Of a stretch of 63,567 nucleotides of DNA, positions 10,301-20,976 are shown piece by piece. The position numbers were made by a program, and so were the translations under genes. How positions within the stretch are numbered: the stretch's first letter is position 1; every line of letters begins with the position of its first letter. The notes under the pieces were generated by a model, which was not told the origin of the DNA, did no database searches, and saw only the letters and a program-made list of their open reading frames with translations. This DNA comes from Phoronis australis (lineage: Eukaryota > Animalia > Phoronida): contig NMRA01000792.1 of NCBI GenBank assembly GCA_002633005.1, positions 47,271-110,837 on the forward strand. Reading direction: 5' to 3'.

Positions 10301-13300
10301 GTCACAGTTGGATCACAAGGTTAAAACGTTGACTACAGATGTCACCCCATCAGTTGCTGCTACGACTGTTCCCAAAGAAAAACTGCCGTTGAGCTTTTCC
10401 ACGCCCCACCCTCCGTCCATGTCCAAGATGGAAAAGCAGGTATCTTCTTTCCGTCACAAGTATAAGGAGCCAGTGTCCGATTACGAATCGGGATCCAATG
10501 AGGGCAGTAGGGCTAGCCTAGTTGGGGAAAAGCTAACCACCATCAACACAAACAATTCTGGGAATGGGAACAAGTGCGCTTCAAAGCAGCCTAATGATGA
10601 TGAGGGAAGTGATGAGGACAGCCAGTCTAGTTTAAATAACACTCAGATGGAACTGACAAAAAACTATAAGAATATTCTAAGGTCAAGCGAACACTCACCT
10701 GGGCAGAGTGACGTTGAAAGCGACAGTGTATTGAGCAGTAAGGTGCGGTTGACTCCTGTGAAGCCATCGGGGGCTCTACCAACCATGGACAAGAACATCA
10801 TGTCCGAGTCGCTCAAGACATCCTACAAACAGGACTGGGCTCGCGTGTACAATGCTCTGAAGGGTACGACACCATCACCACCAACACTGACACGGTCTGA
10901 TGGTGGGGCTAGTGAACTGTTTTCCCCCGAGCCTAATACATCACTGTTACGATCAATCAGAACATCGCAAGCCAGGAAAAGGTAGGCTGTAAACTGAGCA
11001 GTATTAGTGTTGGTAGCATCGCAATCAGTGAGTATTGGACTGGTACATGTATGCATTGTAAATGAGAAAAGTTAGTTTATCAGTTGTGGGCTCTATAAAC
11101 TCCCTGAGGTGTTTCACTACATAGCCATTGTGGGGAATTTGCTGCTGAAGCGTGACTGGTTGACATTAAGCAGTTGTGTTTGTGACTTATAAATGAGATA
11201 CTAAAATAATCGTGGCATTTGGTCACTCTGTACCCACAAATGACTCAAAACCCAGTCAACGTGTGTGCAAATACTGTACTACTGTGGAACGTCCAACTGC
11301 AAACCGCATTTAAAGTTTGGCAAAGAGACCACCAATTGTTGCCTTCGGAGGGATAGTTCTAAAATCCAACTTGCTTTGCTAAAAGTTATGGCGAGAAACT
11401 CAGAATTGTACTAGATGAATGTTACTCACCGGCATAAGAAGATAGAGACATACGGTCTCCAACCGTCTGCTTCACCAATGGTGAGTGGTTGGTGATGGCT
11501 GGGTTGAAAGTGATTGATGACGGAGAGCCAAGGGCAAAAGTGGTGCACTAGGGATGTTCTCTTACGTTGAAACGGGACGTTTTTTGTCTTAAAAACTGGG
11601 AAATCTTAGCTTGTGTTTGGAGTTCATTCCCAGATTGTTTCTTCTTCAAGTTCCTATAGCCAACTTTTCCAGGAGCCAAACATTAGCAAATCCATTTCGT
11701 CCTTGAACAAGTCTGTGCTGTTCATTCTTATCTCTCCATTATCTTGTTGCTTGGCAACATACTGACATGTCCCAAACTATAGAGCTAATTAATTGGGTGA
11801 CTTATCTTAAGCAGCCCATACATTTCAAACTTATTCATCAATTATATTATTAGCATCAAATTATTTCCTGTTTTTGATCATGTGTGGTTGAACATGATGA
11901 CTTGAAACTATTGATGTCAAGATATTGACATAATAAGTGCTTTTTGAGCTTACCATCAGAGCATTGCTACGCGTGTGGCACATCGTAAACGTGTTGCGCA
12001 AACTTCTCTCGCATTTGATTTGATTTTGCCATGACACCAATTAAGGAGGAGACACATTTTCTTCTAGAGCTGATAGACTTTTAACGTAAACTTACATCAC
12101 ACCTGTAACGGTGATCGAAATAAAAAAATCAGATTTATGCACTGTTCACTCGGACGCTTTTGTGTGTCTCCTTTTCTGCGCTGTTATTTAATCCGCATAA
12201 TATTAAAAATTAGCTTTTCAATTGAACCATGGCTTCCTTTCAACATTTTGTACAGCGATTGTCGGTTTTGTGAAAGTAGGAAGCTTGCAGTTTATGATTT
12301 TTGACTCAGTACCAATTTGCCATTGATTGTGTCACTTGACTTTATCTTTTTAGTAAACTAGCAAAATGGTTTTAATTAGTACTTTTGTAGCAAAACAATG
12401 GTAGCAGTAACATGACAAGCTGAAATCTCAAAAACGTTGTTACAGTTTTCTAAATCATCATGACAATAGTCCTATTTTTATGACGTTTCCTATAGACACG
12501 AATCATTTCAAAAACAATAACAACATTTTGGAAAGCAATGCGCGAAGTTTCATGTGAATCTTCCATTTTCGAGATATGAACGACATTTTTCCTGGCTCCT
12601 ATGTAACCTTAAAAAGTCATGAGCTTATTGTAGTCATAACCATTGTTATTCAACTAACACATTTCTGTACTTTGACTGACTGTGGCCCTAACTTGCAGTG
12701 TACTTTGACTGACTGTGGCCCTAACTTGCAGTGTACTTTGATTGACTGTGGCCGTAACTTGCAGGAACTTCCTCGTGGGTAGCACTGGCTCCAAAACGTC
12801 TCTAATGGGCTCGGATGAGCTAAACAAGTATTTCCCCGACAGGATACTACGACTAATGGTCGGAACCTTCAATCTTGCCGAACAAAAGGTCAGTCTTTGT
12901 TCACCTTTTTCCCATGATTTAAAAAAAAAATGATTCAAGGCAGCTGGACAGTTGCTATGGTTCAGTCCGACAAAATTTTCAAGGCCATGCTATGACAATA
13001 GCGTTAATGCTACACCCAGACTAGCCTCAGCAAGGTGTTTTGCCCCAGCCAAGTAGCAAGCCAAGCTTATTCATAAGATGTGTAGGAGTTCATTGAGCTT
13101 GTAAATCTTTCTTAGAAAGTACTTAGCCTGTAATTGTTCCCAATAGATTAGAATCGTTGCAATGGAAACACATTAAGGGTGTAGTACTGCACAGTCTGCA
13201 GGTGGTTAGGTTGAGTGGTGTGTAATTTGTAGAGGCAGATTCTAAGAGGTGCAGTGGCTCTTGTAAGCCATGTCTCTTGAGCTCTTACAATCATGGCAAA

Positions 13301-16300
13301 TGTTTTCACATGTTGCATTTTAGAATCTGCATCGTTTAGGAGCCTGAATTCTAAACAGTGCAGCCTGTTATGAATTAGCTTCTTGTTCCTCTAGGGGTGT
13401 TACTACTCTGAGATTTCTGTGGTAGTGGTTCCACTTGCCTTGAAATTTTGCATTCAGCTTTAAATTGTTTTACAATATGTGTGTGTGTGACGTATGCATT
13501 GTTTTTTTAGCTGTTTGCCCTTTTTTGCAGGATATACCCCAGAACCTGGAGGACTTTTTACTGCCTGAATCCATGGAGTTCCTACCAGACATGTATGTTA
13601 TTGGAGTTCAAGAGATGCTGGTTGTCAGGTGAGAAATATTTACTAATGGTAAATATGTAGTCCACCTTCAACGGAAATCTATGAGCTTCACATTTCAGTT
13701 GGATATTTGCTACTATTGAGGCGCAAGTTATTGTATTTGAAGAATTGAGCTTGCTGTCCTCTTTCAAATTCATTCTTAGAAATAAAATTCATATCTGATA
13801 TTAAATTTCTCTTTAATTTGGGTGGCTGTCTTCATTTTGTTTGATACAAATTATTTGTTTATCTTGCAATTATGAGTACATGTTTTGAGACGGCTGAGCT
13901 GAAATGAAGTTTTGGCTAATTACATTTTTTTGATGTCAAACGCAAAAATTGTGTTCATGCTGTATTGTGAAAATGGTTTTCTTATAGAATTGTCACCTTA
14001 TTTTAATTATGAAATAAGACAAATTATATTTTCCTAATTTCAACTTTGCTCTTTGTAGACATCAGTGGGAGGTGACCTTACAGGAGACACTGGGTTTGTC
14101 ACATGTACTCTTTCACTCCGCCATTCATGGTTCGCTGCATATAGCCGTGTTTCTCAAGAGAGACCTCATCTGGTTCTGTTCAGGTTTGGTAGCTTTCAGT
14201 CCTTTGAATTGTATCTTTCTTCGATTCAAAAGGCCCTTATGCCTTCAATGTCACCTCACTTTGCTCGTAAGATTTCTCTCAAGATAAATCACCATACTTG
14301 CTGACTGACCGACCGTAAGACTTGTGATAAGCTTAAGTCAGTATTAGAGTATAGACAGAGCAGGGAGTCCCTGTTGTTCTCATTCAGTGGCCAGTTGCAT
14401 CATGCCATTCATATTATTAGTTTCGTTTTTTCAGTGCCCGAGGTCTGTACTGTGACCACGCGGGTCTTCAAGATGATCAAAACCAAGGGTGCTGTGGGAA
14501 TCTGCTTCACGTTGTTTGGAACCTCTTTCCTGTTTCTCGGATCTCATTTCCGCCACGGTGGTGAGTTTAGTAATTTAAAGTCGACTTCTCCGCAAAATCA
14601 GTCTCGTAATATTCCTTGCCGCGATAGGATTCCCTTTCCGTTATCAACAAGAACATCAAAACTAGCGCCGACTCAAAGAAAACATGTGACTTCAAAGTCT
14701 ACTTGCGTAGGCCAAACTTAACATCATTGTGGATTGGAAAATGGCACATCTGAGTTGTTGGCTTAATTAGCAACAGTTGGGATCAGATGGACATTGTATT
14801 GTTTTTAAACCTCATAGCGATTCGGTTAAGAATTCAACAATCATGTGACAGCTGAACAGTGGCGTAATACCCGTTTAACATAGTTAGTAACAAACGACTG
14901 TAAACTTGTGGATTGGCGAATGTGTGGTGATATTGACCGATTTAACATTTCAATTCTCTTCCAGCCTCTGCTGCCCAGTCTAATGACCGTGTGGAGGACT
15001 ATAAACAGACCATTCAGTCTATCAACCTTCCCAAACAGGTCGTTCAGAACCCGCATGAAGCAGTTAAAGGTACGCATGATCATTTCAGATCTACAGTATT
15101 GTGTTAGTAATAGATTGAAATATTTTGTGTTTTCTTAAGTTTAGCGATTGCCATAATCAAGGTTACTAAATACGCTTTGTTTTAGTTCTGTTGTTCACCT
15201 GTTTAATGTCAAGATGTGACTCGCAAACCCACCATGAAATATCCATTTCTTTTGGACTAAAACCTGTCTCGGTTCTGGCTAAATCTCGTCTGGTGTTGCT
15301 TCACACGCTGTCAAGATCACAGCATGCACATTCTCAAGTAAGCAGCTAGGCCCATTAACATCACATAAAATTTTTGACAAAAGTTTTACAAATTGTTTTT
15401 TTATTGCAAAAATGTTTGACTTAACTGCCAAGTATGGTGTCTTTATGAGCACCAGGTGACGCCACTGTTTGAGTTAAACGATCTTATGCTAACCTTCAAC
15501 TTGGTTTTAACCACTGTGTGGCGCCACTGGCCTTTTTGGATGTCATGGTAACTTCTCTTACGGCCACCAGATGGAGACACTGCTCATAAACTAGATCGTG
15601 TTTTGATCAGATTGTTTCATGAAAAGGACTTAAGACTCAAGTCAGGAATTTGATCTTAATATGTTCCTCACAAATATTTCTGAAAAATTATTAAATCTCA
15701 CTTGAGCAAAAGCGCAGTCTTTGAAAGCGCACTCATTACTGCTAGTCACTGACAGAGATAATGTCGATCTGTAAATTATTTCTGGAGTGTGATGCACTCA
15801 TAATTACTTGGTTAAATCTATTTTCAACTATTCTGAAGTGGGAGGCGCAAGACCAAATTTCTGTCACAAGTCATATATCGCTTTCGTGGCAACACACACT
15901 GGTTGACCTCTTTAGTACCACCGTCAAAGTCATGCTGTTGCCTGTATCGTTTTCTGTTCTAACCTCCAGATGACGCCACCGATAGGTTCGACTGTGTCTT
16001 CTGGTGCGGTGACTTCAACTTCCGTATCCAGCGGGACAGGGAACAGGTATTGCGCGTGATTAAAGAAGAGGGACAGAAGGAGCACCCGCACTTTGAGGAT
16101 CTGGTCAGGAGCGATGAACTGCTGCAATTTAAAGACGAGGGTATGTCAACTGGCAATAGCCATTTATGTGGCTCCTGGACTTTGAGAACCAGTTTGATGC
16201 CAGTTATTCAGCTTCGGAAACTGGTTCTCAAAATGTTGAGTGCTGAAAGGGATTATTCCCATTTGTCTCACTTATGGCACAAGCGGAATTTGAAGTTTAG

Positions 16301-19300
16301 ACACCGGGGATGTAGATTTGAATTTGACATACTTGACCTTTAGAAAAGTATTGTTTATGTTTTTTTTGCAAAAATGTGTATGGACATGCTTTATGATCGG
16401 CATTCTTTTGAAATTTGTGGAAATTTCTCCCGAGATCGCATGGCCGTAGTTGCAGACCTGTGTGCCGTACGCAAAACATGCGGATTCGTATGGAAATTTG
16501 GCTTGTAGCTTACAAGTACGCAAGACCAGGCAAAAGTATGCAAATTGGAAGCAGAATTTGTTTACTAAGTTGTTACTAATACTAGAAATAGAAGATTTTT
16601 TCAAGTTGATATCAAGAAAGTATTTTTATGTTAACTAAACGTGAGAGCAAGATAATCGATGAATTGCAAGGCTTCTTCTGTCTGTATTCATCATCAACAG
16701 CCTAAATTATAAGCAATGGCATCTGTGGTTGGTGGCCTGATTGTTCATTTCATTCAATTCGGGCTATCTCTGGAGAAATACGTACTGTTGTCAAAGTGGC
16801 AAAGCGTGAGAGGCTCCACATTCCGAGCTGGGAGAAAATAGCTTCTGAAAGAAGGGAACATCTTTTTTGCCACATCATTTTGAAGAATGACAGGTCTTAT
16901 GGAAGGGACCCTCAAATGCATATTGCAAAATTGTGTAGCGTGTTGTTTTCTTGCGCACAAGGTGACCACACTGACTTCACAATAGGTCGACTAGCCGTTG
17001 ACAACAGTCAAGTTTTTTGACAGGTAGTGACTGCCTGTGGCAAATACAGTGATATGTGATTATCAATTTCTAGACGCTTGCAATGAACAATTATTCCAAA
17101 CTTTTACAGAATTTAAATGTCTTTGGTTTACGGAAAGAGCTTAACTTTTGAAGCAAGGAATTCTTTGCTGTGTATATGACTTATCACAATTCACAGTGTA
17201 CATTAGAATTGCAGGATGCATTAACATAATTATTTCAGTTCAGTAAGGAACATTTCTATTGATTAACTCGTGGCTCTATTCACTGCTGCATAAACACCTT
17301 GAAGAATTGTGAAAAGTGGTGATCAACTCATGTGACTGAGTGTATTAAACTGTTTCAAAGATACGTAGCTAGGAAAAGTACGAGCTGAACATAGTTTCGG
17401 TACGCTAAATATGCTGAAGAGTTGGAATTTTTATTTTTGTTGGTTACGCAAAAATCTGAATACTTCGTGAAAAATCTGTAAATCTGGCATCCAAAATACC
17501 CGAATGCAGTTTTGGTGGTACCCAGGTCTAGGTGGAGTAGTGATCGTCATTTACTTTGGAAGCTAAACGCCCACATCAGCACACTTTCTGTGTTTCCGTG
17601 TGATCATCCGGCGTGATCATCCGGCGTGATCATCCGACGTGATCATCCGACGTGATCATCCGACGTGATCATCCGACGTGATCATCCGACGTGATCATCC
17701 GACGTGATCATCCGACGTGATCATTCGGCCGTCTGTCTCGAATGTGTAATCCACAAAAGGCTATTAACACACAAGCCAAATCTCACGTGAACTTTACTGG
17801 AAAGTAACAAATGGACAAACTTAATTGAATCTAGATTAAAGTGTACACAACATGACTGTTGTACCTCAAAATAAATTTTATTATTATATCTTACTAGATT
17901 TCAGTGCCTTTAGTGCACAGCTCATAAAGAAACACGCAAAAATTGAAAAAAATAATAATTATGTACAACGTCATGGGTTGAACCCAAGTCGTTCGCCACA
18001 CTGTTCGAATCAGAGAGTTATGCAAAGTGTATTGAGTGAAGAGAAAGCAAAATATATTTAGCGTCGAGAAGGTTCGTAGAGGGATCAAAAGATGTGTTTC
18101 CGGAGGCTGCAGCAAGAGTAGCCATTCGGAGAACGTCTCGGTGTTCCGAAGGATACCAAAGTTGCGCAGAAGTGGCATCGCTTCGTGCGCCGAACGAGAG
18201 TGTGGGACGTCATCGTGGACCAAGCGATTCGGTCCGGGGCCACTCTGTGTTCTGCCCACTTTGAGGACTCGCGTTTCGACTCCAGTCACAAGAGACGTTA
18301 CGATGAAGGCCTGGTTCAATAAAGGACAATATTTATCATTCAGAAACATCAGCTCTTAATTCAGGATCGTCTGTTGGATGACTGGGTTGACTCGCCGAGC
18401 CCGATTCTCTCGCGGGAGGATCCAGTTCGTAAGGCTCAAAGTAGAAAAGTACGCAGTCGGAAGCACATTAAACTTATTCTCGCTTTCGTGCAACCCCATT
18501 TCCTCATCCTGGCCACCATTCCCGTACGTTTCTTCATAGTTGTTCAATTTTTGCTCATAATCGTCGTCGCTTTCAAATTCCCTGCTTTCCGCCATTGTTC
18601 AATGCTAGTCACTAATCTCTTGTGTTCAACCCAAGACGTCACATGGTGGGAAATGTGAAAATTGGCAAAATTAAAAGAAAAATCAAAATTTCGAGCTAAT
18701 TACACAAAATAAACATGGGTTTAGCTAAATTTTACGTCATACATTTAGTTTGTGATCACCGGTAATTCAAAATGTGCAAAAATCCATGGTGTGTACTGTT
18801 TAAAAAAGATGATAGCCAGACTTTTGATGCTGATCCGCATTCCTGAGTTTCTTGTTGTTTAACTTAATGTTGTGTCCTCAGTTCAGCTTAAAACTCTCCT
18901 GAAAGGCTGGAGCTGTCGTTTTTAAGCAACTAAAGAAAATTTCAACAGTCATTTGTTTTTCGTTTTTCATAAGGCATACAGTAGACTTTGTTCAATTTTG
19001 CGACAAATATTTACGAAGATTGGCCTTTTCAAACTTTTTGGTGACTGCTGTAAATTTCCCGAAACTTTACTTTGTTTAGTCACTAAAATTTCACTCATCC
19101 ACCATGTTGTCTTTCAAACTGAAAACTGTTTCCATAGTAACTCAACTAAATCTAAGAATTTAAGATCATTGTTGTCTGTCAAATTAAAAGCTAAGACGAT
19201 ACAAAAATTCTAAAATTTTTCAAAATATGTGTTACATGTAATACCTCTCTTAGTAATGGGCAGTAATGTTGTTCGACAGGATTTCAAGGTTGTTGTTGTG

Positions 19301-20740
19301 TGCCAAATACTTCACTGTCTCTTTTATGCCTTTTCAAGGATTAATATTCAACCATTTCCAAGAGGGTCGAATCAACTTTCCGCCAACTTACAAGTATGAC
19401 ATCGGAACAGACGACTATGACTCATCGGAAAAACAGAGAATTCCTTCCTATACGGTGAGTTGCTTTTGTTTGAATAACTTAACACCAACGGTTACTGACG
19501 CGGTTTGAAATGTTTATTCAACGAGGGCGTACGTTTGAGGGGGGTGGGTAAGACGGTGATTGTCTGCCATTTTAAATGAATTTTTAAAAGTTACGGTGGG
19601 GCGTGTACCCTAACAGTTCTTGCTTGGGTAAATATACACAGAAGTCTTATGTGACGTTTGCACGTGAAATGTGATGTAGTCTACTTCATCACATTTCATG
19701 TCGTGTAAACGTCACATAAGACTTCTGTGGAGTATGAACATTGCAAGGTAAGGAAGGTGACTGTACATTGCGGAACCAAAAATTTGTGAGAGAGGAGCGC
19801 TTACAAAGACGATGTCGCTTTCAAGAACACTTCAATCGACATAATTCAGGAGTAGGCGATAAAAGTCAATTTTTTATTTCTGTGGTTGGCTTTAAGCCAA
19901 ACATGGACATTAAGCCCGATGAGCACAGTTCACTACCTTGTCATTATGTTTCATGGTAACTTTGTTCATTTGTTGTCACAGTGCGAGGTAATGTCTTGTT
20001 CATGATGTAACTGGTGATATCATGTATCAAACTGGGATTGTTCATTATTTATTTGGCTGGCGATCATGTATCAAACTATGATTCAACCTTTTTTATTCAG
20101 GACCGTGTGTTGTTCCGAAGTAAGAAGAAGAATCACATTGTGTGCACTGAGTACAACTGTGCTCAAACTGTGATGGACTCAGACCACAAGCCGGTCTATG
20201 CAATGTTTGATGTGACACTGAAACCAGGCAAAGATACGTGAGTACCCTACTTGACAAGTGCAATATGCCAAATCATAAAACCTGAACAACTCTGGGTTTT
20301 GTGTAGCCTAATTTCCAGTTTTGTGTGAATGTCTGCAAAGAGAAGTTTAAGGGGAAATATTTTTTATCGCATCAACTGCCGGTAAATTGGCAACGAAAAC
20401 AGGTATATGGCTTCAACACTTTTGTGCCATTCTTTTGGGAAGATTGTTAGTCAGTTTGGTTATTGTGTGTATATCGCATGTATGTGTGCCTGGGCAAAAA
20501 ACAAAATTGCGGGTACCAAGACTGTCACAGATATCTGAATTGCTCACTAGATGTAGCTGCAGGACCTAAGTGTCATGTCCTTCATTATTTTGCAGCATTC
20601 CACTGGCTTCTGGTCAGTTTAACAAGTCAGTATTTTCTGATGCCAATGAAAGGCGTGCATTGAAGAGGGCCGTCGACATGGTCAAGCCAAACAGATCATT
20701 GCCAAAGAGGTCTGAGAGCAAGGTGTGCGTTATACAGTAG
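7296..20740 (+). CDS. INPP5E: Phosphatidylinositol polyphosphate 5-phosphatase type IV (INPP5E), spliced CDS of 12 exons, about 893 aa
   Basis: join(7296-7367,8389-8932,10063-10981,12765-12888,13531-13628,14059-14183,14435-14560,14965-15069,15970-16140,19339-19454,20101-20237,20596-20740). All introns are GT-AG with matching phases, total 2682 nt. Contains 5-phosphatase motifs ([44 protein letters not shown]), INPP5E-type [18 protein letters not shown] and [14 protein letters not shown], and C-terminal CaaX CVIQ. Confidence 0.93.
8389..8932 (+). CDS. INPP5E: INPP5E coding exon 2 (disordered, acidic/basic N-terminal region)
   Basis: TCTTCAG acceptor, ORF 8398-9003 in the track, AAAG|GTATGT donor, phase 1. 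Confidence 0.82.
10063..10981 (+). CDS. INPP5E: INPP5E coding exon 3 (Ser/Pro/Asn-rich, ends [14 protein letters not shown])
   Basis: TTTCAG acceptor, 304-aa ORF in the track, AAAG|GTAGGC donor, phase 2. Confidence 0.87.
12666..12764 (+). repeat. 33-bp tandem repeat, three copies, each ending in an AG acceptor
   Basis: TGTACTTTGACTGACTGTGGCCCTAACTTGCAG x3, ending at 12698, 12731 and 12764; the third copy has two substitutions. Confidence 0.95.
12765..12888 (+). CDS. INPP5E: INPP5E coding exon 4
   Basis: [42 protein letters not shown]; AAG|GTCAGT donor. Confidence 0.93.
13531..13628 (+). CDS. INPP5E: INPP5E coding exon 5
   Basis: [32 protein letters not shown]; TTTTGCAG acceptor and AG|GTGAGA donor. 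Confidence 0.93.
14059..14183 (+). CDS. INPP5E: INPP5E coding exon 6
   Basis: [41 protein letters not shown]. Confidence 0.93.
14435..14560 (+). CDS. INPP5E: INPP5E coding exon 7
   Basis: [41 protein letters not shown]; G|GTGAGT donor. Confidence 0.93.
14965..15069 (+). CDS. INPP5E: INPP5E coding exon 8
   Basis: [34 protein letters not shown]; phase 1 at both ends. Confidence 0.9.
15610..15880. repeat. Interspersed repeat, related copy at about 21135-21415
   Basis: Shared ATTAAATCTCACTTGAGCAAAAG and AAGACCAAATTTCTGTC blocks. Confidence 0.65.
15970..16140 (+). CDS. INPP5E: INPP5E coding exon 9
   Basis: [29 protein letters not shown]...[10 protein letters not shown]; contains the catalytic GDFNFR motif. 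Confidence 0.95.
17600..17729. repeat. 13-bp minisatellite (CGTGATCATCCGA), about 10 copies
   Basis: Direct reading; CpG-rich and near-perfect. Confidence 0.95.
17840..18799. mobile_element. Internally deleted Kolobok-type DNA transposon in INPP5E intron 9
   Basis: Flanked by TTAA at 17836-17839 and 18800-18803, with imperfect TIR AGTGTACACAACATG / CATGGTGTGTACTGT. Carries a frameshifted THAP domain on + and a convergent acidic ORF start on -. Confidence 0.75.
18084..18280 (+). pseudogene. Frameshifted THAP zinc finger (transposase N-terminus)
   Basis: [21 protein letters not shown] / [44 protein letters not shown], i.e. the C2CH signature with the conserved P, W and LCSxHF. Confidence 0.8.
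19339..19454 (+). CDS. INPP5E: INPP5E coding exon 10
   Basis: [38 protein letters not shown]; ACG|GTGAGT donor. Confidence 0.95.
19637..19729. repeat. Near-perfect 93-nt inverted repeat (hairpin) in INPP5E intron 10
   Basis: CACAGAAGTCTTATGTGACGTTT...AAACGTCACATAAGACTTCTGTG, arms of about 45 nt. Confidence 0.9.
20101..20237 (+). CDS. INPP5E: INPP5E coding exon 11
   Basis: [45 protein letters not shown]; AC|GTGAGT donor. Confidence 0.95.
20596..20740 (+). CDS. INPP5E: INPP5E last coding exon with CaaX box
   Basis: [47 protein letters not shown], stop TAG at 20738-20740. Confidence 0.92.
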
Positions 20741-20976
20741 TGGTGATATATGGATACTGAAACACTGTGTGCTATACATTAGTGATGATATCTAGATACT
20801 GGAACATTGTGTGCTATACAGTAGTGGTGATATCTAGATACTGGAACACTGTGTGCTATACAGTAGTGGTGATATCTAGATACTGGAACACTGTGTGCTA
20901 TACAGTAGTGGTGATATCTAGATACTGGAACACTGTGCTATACATTAGTGGTGATATCTAGATACTGGAACACTGT
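20723..20976 (+). repeat. 42-bp minisatellite, about six copies, overlapping the INPP5E CaaX codons and stop
   Basis: Unit GTGTGCTATACAGTAGTGGTGATATCTAGATACTGGAACACT; the first copy begins GTGTGCGTTATACAGTAG. Confidence 0.93.

Noticed and set aside
11415-11480. Possible extra INPP5E exon with a strong ATG|GTGAGT donor
   Set aside because: No acceptor I tried gave a stop-free phase 2-2 exon, and 10981 splices directly to 12765 in frame with homology continuing across the junction.
20723-20976. Regularly spaced repeats as a CRISPR array (also 12666-12764 and 17600-17729)
   Set aside because: The units are contiguous with no unique spacers, there are no cas genes, and the DNA is eukaryotic.
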